Source: the human T2T-CHM13v2.0 reference genome, Homo sapiens. Taken from it: DNA of 64,000 nucleotides. The stretch lies in NCBI RefSeq assembly GCF_009914755.1, contig NC_060932.1, one strand, 5' to 3'. The notes beneath the pieces were generated by a model that had not been told where the DNA came from, did not search any database, and saw only the letters and a program-made list of their open reading frames with translations. Each line of letters starts with the position of its first letter. The first letter of the stretch is position 1. Made by a program: the position numbers and the translations under genes. Below are positions 54,689 to 64,000 of this stretch, one piece after another.

Positions 54689-55289
54689 AACCATTTTTCT
54701 CATCTGTTAAGTGAAGAAGGAACTGGCCCAATTTATTTTAGGCTCAAAACTGCTTTATCCAATACTGTCAACAATAACTTTAAAAGAGATATATTCACAG
54801 TCCCCAGGGATGCAAATTCAAATTTCATATAATTTATTTTCATTTTAAAAAACTATAAAATTTAATCCTCTTTACTTTTTCCTATGATATTTCATCACCC
54901 ACCATTGTTTGAAACAAAGTGGAATAGTTGTTCAGCATTTCCAGAACAGATGTAATCAGAAAGAAAAAAGCTAGTACTGAGGCACGACAACTCTCTACAA
55001 ACACATTTTTTATCTGGAATGTGATCCATGTGTCCCTGAAGGGCAGGGAATACCTGATATCTACTAAAAGGCAAACAACTAATCTTAAAGGTGATTTTCA
55101 GAAATCTTTGTTCTGGTATAGTGAAATATTTTCTCAGGCTTTATCATTACTTAATATTGTAAAATGTCATTACGTATGAGAAGAAATTACAAAATCCCTT
55201 ATATTCATTCTTAGCTAGATGCCCATAGATTATTTTTCATTATTTAATCAGTGGCTTTCCTGCTTGACTTTCTATACGCTTTGCACTGC

Positions 55290-55660
55290 ATTTGGAGATG
55301 GACTTCAACATTTAGGTTTACAGCCAAGTCTCCCCTTACCCAAGGCTGTGACGTTGGGCAAACTGTTTCCTATCTAGTGGTGTAGTGCTAGTAATAAGAC
55401 CTACTGAAAGGTGTTGCAGCCAAAGAGGTAAATAAACATAAAAAGCTTGGCATACAGCAGACCGTAGATGCTCAACTGAGTCTGCTCAATTGCTCATTTT
55501 TGGGAGAGAGAGTCAAGTGAAAGTGAGTTTAGATCCAAATTATATCTTCTACTTCCTATGGCAAACTCAGCAACTCATTTCTCTGTTTTGATATAATGTC
55601 TTCATTTGCAAGATGGGTTGTTAAATTCTCTACAGTTATTCTGAGAATTAGAAACCATAC
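55290..55660 (+). mobile_element. Two MIR fragments
   Basis: gctgtgacgttgggcaa...cttggcatacagcag; tcttcatttgcaagatggg...ctgagaattaga. Confidence 0.5.
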
Positions 55661-56933
55661 ATATACATACTGAGTTTTAGAACTTGGATGGCCCAAAGGA
55701 TGTGATGAAATTAAAAAAAAAAGGTACCTCTTATAATTAGATCCTCTAGTGTAGCAATACCTTCATTTCTGAGTCTTGAGGCTAAAAACCTAGAAGATTT
55801 TCCTACAGAGAAACTTCACTGGAATCAGTGCAGCATTCACTTTTAAATATTACAACAAAGGAGCACATAGGGCTGACTTCATTGCACTAGCCTTCAAAAC
55901 AATTAGGCATAATGGTAAATCAGGGTAAACTACATTTCTGAATTTATCTACAGTGTAATAAATAACATCTGCATCTGCAGGGGAACAATTTACAGTGTTC
56001 TGCGAAACACAACACGGTAGTGATCAGATTCTCTTCCATCCCTTATGTAATATTTCTTTATTATTTGGTAAATCTTTCTTTTTTAGAGTCATGCCGGCAG
56101 TAGTAGGAGCCTTTGCTGTCCTACTGTCTAAGTACTTCGTTTCATAAAGGAAGACTCTTAGGAGTAGAGCACTATGTTACCGACCCGAGGTTTCCCAGGT
56201 AGAATGGAGCAAAATTGGGCCCAGAATGTGGGAAGTACGGCTGATTAACATCCCTCTCATTATATCATACACTTCAGTGAAAACTGGACTCTCAAGTTTG
56301 GAGGGGATCTAAAAACATATCTCATGCTTTCTTCTTTTCAGTTCATGAATCTTCTCTGGATTACCAACAAAAGTGGCCATTAAGCCTTTTCTTGACTATC
56401 TTCAGTGAGCCAAAATGTACTACCTCTGGGAGCTAGACTTCCAGTATTAACAGAAAATGAACACGTATTGGTAACAGAACTTTATCAGAAACAGAAACAA
56501 ATAAATCTGGGCTCCTCAGAATTCCAGAATCCACTTCAGATGTTGAGACTCCTAACTGTTGTTATATAAAGATTTGATAAGGAAGCCTAAAGGCAAATAG
56601 TTTTAGTAAAGCAACACTTTTACATTAGTGAAAGCCATGAAAAGTTTTATTAAAAAATTGAAAATCCAAAGACATAAATGTATATTAAATTTAAACTAAA
56701 GATTTTTTTTTTATTTTAGTTTAAGCATATTAAAATGCCTTCGGTAGAGTTTGGTTTGCTATTTGAATTATTAGGTTCATCATATTTCAATTAGAGTAAT
56801 TTAGAATCTAATATATACCTGGCACTCTGCTATTGGCTTTATAAACGGCATCTCATTTTCAATATTTATCTCTTCCAAAAATGGAAAAAAAAAGTCACTT
56901 TTTAATTGTCCTCGTATCTGGGATGATGTGAAC

Positions 56934-57121
56934 CAGTGGTCTCAAACTTGAGCATGCATCAGAATCACTGGAAGAATTGTTAAAACAGATTGCTGGGCAC
57001 CACTCCCAGAGTTTCTGTTTCAGTGGGATGTGGGTGGAGTCAGGGAATTTGCATTTCTAGTAAGTTCCCAGGTGATGCTGATGCTTTTGGTCCAGAGTCC
57101 CAAGTTTCAAAACTGCCACTG
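56934..57121. mobile_element. MER5A hAT-Charlie MITE
   Basis: cagtggtctcaaacttgagcatgcatcagaatcac...aagttcccaggtgatgctgatgct...ccactg. Confidence 0.92.
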
Positions 57122-57876
57122 TAAGCCATAAGCTTTCAATACAAAAAAGAGTAATAAAAGTTCATCTAATTCAGTTTACCAGCTAGGTAATGTTGAGCAA
57201 ATTAATTTTGCAGAAGCTCACTTTTATTATTTTTCAAAGTAAAAATAATATTTCAGTTTGAAATTGTTTTCGATGATTACCATAGAGAAATGTCATTTTT
57301 AAGACAACTATTATTATTATTTTTTTGCTTTCCTTCTCCTCTTCTGAAATCAGAAATTACATGTGTATGCCATTGAACACAGATGATGTAAAGACTTTTT
57401 TGTTAATATCTTAACGGTGTGAAGCACTGGGAAAAACAAGTACCTAGAATCAGATTTAGGTTCAAAAACTGTTTCTAGCTTTATTACTTTGGCTGCATTA
57501 AATACCATCTATTAGCTGCAATAACCCTCATCCCCCACCCACGAATTAGGGATAATTTGGCACTTCTGCTAGCTTCAGCTAAAAGAGCCTTTCCACCTGA
57601 ATGCCTGAGAGGCATCTCAAGCTCAATGGAAACTCACCTCATTACCTTTCTCCTAAAGTCTTGATTTTAGTAGGTTGCAACAAAATACATCCAGATATTT
57701 AATCGAGAAATTTTGAGGTGACAATTGGTTCTTCTACCTCAGCCATATTTACCCAGTTGAACATTTGCAATTTCCTTCTAAATGTTTCTCAAACATTCTT
57801 TTCAAGTCTTTGTTCAGCTATTGACCATCTCTCACTGAGTCCATTGCAAGAGCCACTGAAGTTGAGAGTTGTCATT

Positions 57877-58436
57877 GTGTGAGACAATCCAACACATAAA
57901 TCCCTCTTTTGTGTTTAGAAAATCCTCCTATTCTTAACCAGTAAGCTCCAGGTAAGCTCTTTCCCATCTTGCCTTACTGATGGGTCCCAGGATCTACTAA
58001 TTAGGTGCTCCCAACTTGATCAGAAGCTAGGAACACCAAGAAGCAAGAACCCTGCCAGACTGATTCCGGTGGTGAAAGTAGTAGCAGTGGTCTCAACCAT
58101 TTCCTAGAGGAATGGTTATCTGTGGTTCTAGTGGAAGAGTCTATGCTCAGTATCTAAGATGGTACAGAACCCAGTTCTGCCATGATAGTGATGAAATCTC
58201 TGTGTTTTCCTGGGATTGATGGGGCTCCAAGGATATGAGATTCTCAGTTTTAAATCTAGAGACAGTCATGGCAAACTAGGATAGAGTCTGGAGGTATATT
58301 GGTACTTTGTTCCTGACTGCTGACACTCAAGCCTAAGTCTCTGAACCTTCCAGAAATGTATTAGATACTTTAGGATCCTTTAATAAGTATATTTTCTGCT
58401 TACATTTACCAAATAGTTCGTTGTTTGCAATTAAGA
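57877..58436 (+). mobile_element. Old ERVL/MaLR-class LTR, unclassified
   Basis: LTR-like 3' end cctttaataagtatattttctgctta...gttgtttgcaattaagaa. Confidence 0.45.
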
Positions 58437-60937
58437 ATGTGGACCAGTGTCACTTCCTACTTTGCCCCCGACCTTCAGATAAAGTTCTTTCTTTCTAAAG
58501 TTCTGACTTCTGTCAGAACAGTCTCTATAGCACCCACAATTGTCCAGGTGGGCCCTAAATCCAAGAGATAACCACCCCTCACTTACTGACTCGCACCCAC
58601 ATCTCACAGCATTGCCCTGGTGGAGATGTGCAGATGCAGCTTGCCTTTCCAGCTTCATCTCTCATGAGCAGGGACTATCCTTCCATTGTGTGAGTCTTGT
58701 CTTGTTGATTGAGTCTTTGAAGGATTTTCTGTTAAAGGGTGGAAGTTGTTGCAAGCAGATGTTTTTTGCATGAGTTGATTTATAGATTTTTTTTCTTGAA
58801 TTGTACCAGTTATGCTTGGATGCGTATTAAACTTTGAAAAATTTATAGCACAGCAATTTTAAAAGCAGCATTTCTTATTTTTACACCTGGACTCCCACTC
58901 CTTGCAGCACAGCAAGGATTTGTGGTATCATAGCAACAAATAAATAAATAATTATCTAAAACAATGCCTGTTCATACTTAGGATTTTTAAAAGTAGGTTC
59001 ATTTAGCAGCTCATTCCTTAGGGGTGTATTCCTCTGCTGAAGACACACAATGGAAGGAAAAAAAAAAAGGAAAGAATAAAGCCTGTTTGAAAACAGGAAA
59101 ACTTGAGATTTTTAAATAAGTAAAGACAAAGGAAGAATGATCCCTGGGTTCCAAATGATTCTTCAATTATAAAACATGCCACTGGCTTTGAAAACTGCAG
59201 CTAAGGGTTATTGTGCCACAGTTGCACCTCAGGGTTTTGAGTGCTTTGATATCATTATCATTTGAAACATGGTGACTTTGTATTCACGCATACAGTGCAT
59301 AAATTTCTAAGTTCAGGCTACACAAATTAACAAATAGAAACATTTTTGGAAACAACAGGTTTTCCTTTGTGATTTGATCCCCAAGTTAATGGGTTTGCTT
59401 TGTGGTTTCTTAGTTATCAATTGGCTAATCAATACATTACTTGCTAACTAGATGATCATGTTATATATCTGTTGTACATGCTTAGAGAGTTTGTGACAAG
59501 TTGAAAAGTCATTGATCAGAATCATTTTTCTTTAGAGAAGCCTATGGTTATTCTTATATAAAGTGCAGTATTATGGAAGAAAACTATATTTTAAAGTCAA
59601 ATAGAATCTGATTCAATTGTAGATTAATGACCCAGAGGGGGTATGTCTTTAGATAACTTCTTTAGTTTCTATGAGTTTATTTTTTCCATCTGTAGCTTGT
59701 TGATTATGAGGAAGATTCATAAAGCTATCCATTTTAGGTTAAGTTTGCACAGTGGTATAGAACCTAGTATACATGCAATAACTATTTTTCCCACACCCTA
59801 AGAAGTAAGGAATGAGTCAATGACTAAGAGATTTTATTGAGCAGCTATTATTTCCATCTGATTTCTTTGTTCATCTCTTTATTCAATCATCTGATGTAAT
59901 CAATTGGTTACAGAGTCCAAAGATGAGTAAATGCCAAAAGGAGAACACAGTCCAATGGAAGAATCAGACAATTACAATGTTTTGGGATAAGGTGTGTAAT
60001 GTGCTAGTAGAGCATGATATGAGACTGCTTAGGTCCCTCAAGAAGCCAAATAACTCAATGGTCAAGGGCCAGTTAAATGTAGTTTTTGGAAAAAGAGGAG
60101 AGGAGAGAAGAGAAGTGAGAGAATGGAAGTTTGCGAAAGAAGAGAACCTTGTACCCAGCCAGGACAAGTGGCATGAATGTGTAAGGAGGCCAAAAGAAAG
60201 TGTAAATGAGAGAGAATTGAGAAGAAACAAGATGAAAGAGACGGTTTAGAAAAGTTTAATATACATTAAATGTATAATGTATATTATAATGTGAGACTCT
60301 TATAACTAATGCTTTCTGGTTTTGGCCCAGAACCCTTATTTTCTTTCAGGAACAATTACCCATTTCTTTAGAAAATATTTTCTCATAGAGTTTCCATATG
60401 TGGTCTAAATGAGAGCTGATATTTTCTTAATAATATTACAGTTACTATACTTGTGATTGGTTTAGGTTGCAAGATTGCATGTTTCCTAAATTTGGCAAAT
60501 TAATACCCTTAAGAAATAGTATAGTGAAGTGGTTAGGAACAAGCAATGTGGTTAGTAATACACGCGCCCAGTTGTCAGAAATGCAAGCAAATTGCTTAAC
60601 CTTTATGTCTTGATTTCCTTATTGGTCAAATGGGGAAAATAGTATCTATCTTCTAAATTTGCAGGAAAGAGACATTAAATGAATAAACATAGACAAGGAC
60701 TGACCCTAACAGTGCCTATCACTGCCACCACCATCACTCAACCTCTGGAAGCCTGAGAACCAGACCATCTGTTGTCTCCATTCCTAGTAAAGCCCCCTAG
60801 CATTCCCACCAACATAAGCCACTGAAGAATTCTGAAAATGATTCAAGCTGAAGAAATAATACAAAGACTAGATTACTGCATCACCCCAAAGCCAAAGACA
60901 AAGCACCCAACTCAACTGACGTTATAAATGCATCTAT

Positions 60938-61165
60938 GTGGGAACACATGGACACATAGAGGGAAACAACAGACACTAGGACATACTGTAGGGTGGAGCA
61001 TGGAAGGAGGGAGAGGACTAGGAAAACTAGCTAATAGGTACTAGGCTTAATAACTGGGAGATGAAATAATCTGTAAAATAAACCCTTGTGACACAAATTT
61101 ATCTGTATAAACCTACACATGTATCCCTGAACTGAAATAAAAGTTAAATAAAAATAAATAGATAT
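60938..61165 (+). mobile_element. L1PA15/16-like 3' terminus inserted in the L1 5'UTR
   Basis: catggacacatagagggaaacaacagacact...gagatgaaataatctgta...aataaaagttaaa. Confidence 0.85.
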
Positions 61166-61574
61166 ACTCATAAGAAAAAAGCACATGTCTATAGAAACAA
61201 GTCTTTCCCTATGAAAGCTATCCCACAAAATTGGAAGAAGTGACTGTTACACAAGATCACAGATATCAACGTAGGGACACAAGAAACATGAAAAAGCAAG
61301 AAAACATGATACTGCCAAAAGAACACAATAATTCTCTAGCAATAGACCTTGGAGAAGACAAAAATCTAAAAAATGCCAGAAAACAAATTCAAAATAGTGA
61401 TTTTAAGGAAACTCAATGAGATACTAGAGAACATAGATTTACAGTATTTAAAAGTTCAGAAAAATAAATCATAATTTGAATGAAAAAATTAAGAAAGAGA
61501 TAGATACTATAAAAAAAGAACAAAGGAGAGATCTTACAACTGAAGAATTCAATAAAAGAAATACACCATATACT

Positions 61575-62161
61575 TGTGATCATTAATATTAGGTGTCAAC
61601 TTGATTGGATTGGAAGATGCCTAAGTAGCTGGTAAATTGGTTCTGCGTGTGTCTGTGAGGGTATTGCCAGAGGGACTGACACTTGAGTCAGTGAATTGGG
61701 AGAAAAAGACCCGCCCTGAATGTGGGTGGGCACCATCCAATTGGCTGCCAGCATGGCCAGAAGAAAGCAGGAAGAAGGTGGGATAAGCTGGCTTGCTGAG
61801 TCTTTTGGCTTTCGTCTTTCTCCCATGCTGGATGCTTCCTTCCATTCATCCTGTCCACTCTTCCTACATCAGACTCCAGGTTCTTTGGCCTTTGGACTCT
61901 TAGACTTAAACTAGTGTTTTGCTGGGAGGCTCTCAGGCCTCCAGCCACAAACCAAAGGCTATACTGTCAGCATCCCTGCCTTTGAGGCTTTTGGACTTGG
62001 ATTGAGCCACTACTGCCTTCTTTCCTCTTCGGCTTGTAGACAGCTTATTGTGGGACTTTGTCTTCTGATTGTATGAGCCAAATCTCTCTTTTAAACTCCC
62101 TTTCATATTATATACATATGTTCTATTAGGTCTGTCCCTCTAGAGAAGCCTGACTAATGCA
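61575..62161 (+). mobile_element. MLT2A-like (HERVL) solo LTR inside L1 ORF1
   Basis: tgtgat...gtgtcaacttgattggattg...tgtgggtgggcaccatccaatt...ctgtccctctagagaagcctgactaatgca. Confidence 0.9.
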
Positions 62162-64000
62162 ATGATCATCAAGAACTTCAACAACAGACTACATGAAGCA
62201 GAAGAAAGAATTTCTGAACTTCAGACTAGGCCTTTAAAAATAACCCAGTCAGACCAAAAAAAAAAAAAAAAAAAGGGAAACAGTTTGTGATCTATAGGAT
62301 ACCCTTAAGCAAATAATATTTACCTTTTGAGCCTTCCAGAAGAAAAAGAGATGGAAAAGGGTACACAAAACATATTTAATAAAATGATAGCTGAAAACTT
62401 CCAAGTCCTGGGAGAGATATAAACATTCTGATACAGGAAGCTAAAAAAGCCTCAAATAGATTCAATCTAAAAAGGTCTCTCTCCAAGGGACAATATAATT
62501 AATCTGTCCAAAGTCAAATACAAAAAGAGAATTCTAAAAACAGCAAGAAAAAAGTGTCAAATAACATATAAGGGATTTCCCATCATAATAACAGCAAATT
62601 TCTCATCACAAACCTTATAGGCTAGGAGGGACTGGAATAATAGATTTGAAAGGCTAAAAGAAAAAATAAAAAGCTACAATCCATGAATACAGTATTCACA
62701 AAGCTATCCTTCGTAAATGAAGGAGGAATAATATTTTTCCAGAGAAGCAAACACTAAGAGGATTCATTACCACTAGATTAGCCCCACAAGAAATGCTTAA
62801 GGAAGTCTTATATCTGGAAGCAAGGGATGACATTAACAATCATAAAAACATACAAAAGCATAAAACTCATTGGTAGAGCAGATACACAAGTGAGAATGAA
62901 AAAGAAACAAAAGGTTATCTCCATAGGAAAACACCAAACTGCAAAGATAAACAATAAAGAGAAGAAAGGAACAAAGGATATACAAAACAATCAGAGAAAG
63001 ATTAGCAAAAGAGCAACAGTAATTCTTTACCTATCAATAACAACCTTGAATTTAAATAGTTTAAATTCTCCAATTAAAAGATGTAGGCTGGCTGAATGGA
63101 TTTTAAAGAAAGAAAACAAGACCTAGCTATATGCTGCCTATAAGAAACTCATGTCACCTGTAAAGATAACATAGACTGAAAATGAATAGATACAAAAAGA
63201 TATTCCACACAAATGGAAATGAAAAGCATGCAGGAGGAGCTATATAAGACAAAATAAACTTTAAGTGAAAAAATAAAAAAAGAGACCAAAAAGGTCATTA
63301 TATAATGATAAAGGAATAAATTCAGCAGGGGTATATAACAATTGTAATTATAGATAGGTAGATACATAAGTAGGTAGATGGATAGATAGATAGATTGGTC
63401 TAACACTGGAACACCCAGATTTATAAAGCAAATATTAGTAGAACTAAAGTGAAAAAATAGACCCCAATAAAATAACAGTTTGAGGCTTAAGTACCCCACT
63501 CACAGCATTAGACAAAACATCTAGAAAGAAAAATCAACAAAGAAACATTGGGCTTAAACTGTACTATAGACAAAATGGACCTAACAGATATCTACAGAAT
63601 ATTTCATCCATAATGCATATACACATTCTGCAAAATACATATTCCTCTCATCAGCACATGGAACATTATCTAGGACAGACTATATGTTAGGCCACAAAAC
63701 AAGTCTCAACAAATTTAAAAATCTCAAAACCATATCAAGCGTCTTCTCAGACCACAAGAGAATAAAATTAAAAATCAATAACAAGAGGAATTTTGAAACC
63801 TGTGCTAATACATAAAAATTAAACAATGTGTTCCAGAATCACCAATGGGTCTATAAATAAATTCAGAAGAAAATTTTAAAAAAAATTCTAGAAACAAATA
63901 AAAATGGAAACACAACATACCAAAACTTATGAGATACAGCAAAAGCAGTAATGAAAGTTTTAACAATGAATGCCTATATCCAAAAAGGAGACAGATTTCA

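Larger units (their letters stand above)
60700..64000 (+). mobile_element. L1MA/L1M2-type element: 5'UTR, ORF1 and ORF2 endonuclease (runs off the window), inactive
   Basis: ORF 61231-61419 NMKKQENMILPKEHNNS (ORF1 start); ORF 62827-63126 ITTLNLNSLNSPIKRCRLAEWI (EN start); tctcagaccaca (SDH); many stops. Confidence 0.92.

Overview
AT-rich, repeat-dense primate (very probably human/hominoid) DNA with no supportable protein-coding exon, RNA gene, CpG island or CRISPR array. Most of the window is decayed mobile elements: L1 of many ages, four Alus, two ERVL-class proviral remnants with recognisable integrase and dUTPase, many solo LTRs, DNA-transposon MITEs, MIR/L2 and microsatellites. The longer ORFs in the track are L1, ERVL, Alu or simple-repeat artefacts. 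I found no new gene system. The most notable signals are mechanistic scars. (1) A ~330 bp patchwork at 4904-5230 is built from short copies of sequence 1.5 kb upstream and 4.5 kb downstream plus tandem stutters, typical of template switching. (2) An L1PA3-like element carries a 3' transduction with its own AATAAA and second poly(A). (3) A ~260 bp L1PB insertion shows both a twin-priming inversion and a short 3' transduction, inside an MLT1A-like LTR hit three times. There is also a 36-unit GAA/TTC repeat, a candidate homeodomain/TCF enhancer and a DUX4-type site in an MLT2A LTR. Subfamily names are by eye from remembered consensus sequences and need RepeatMasker/Dfam confirmation; boundaries of old elements are approximate.
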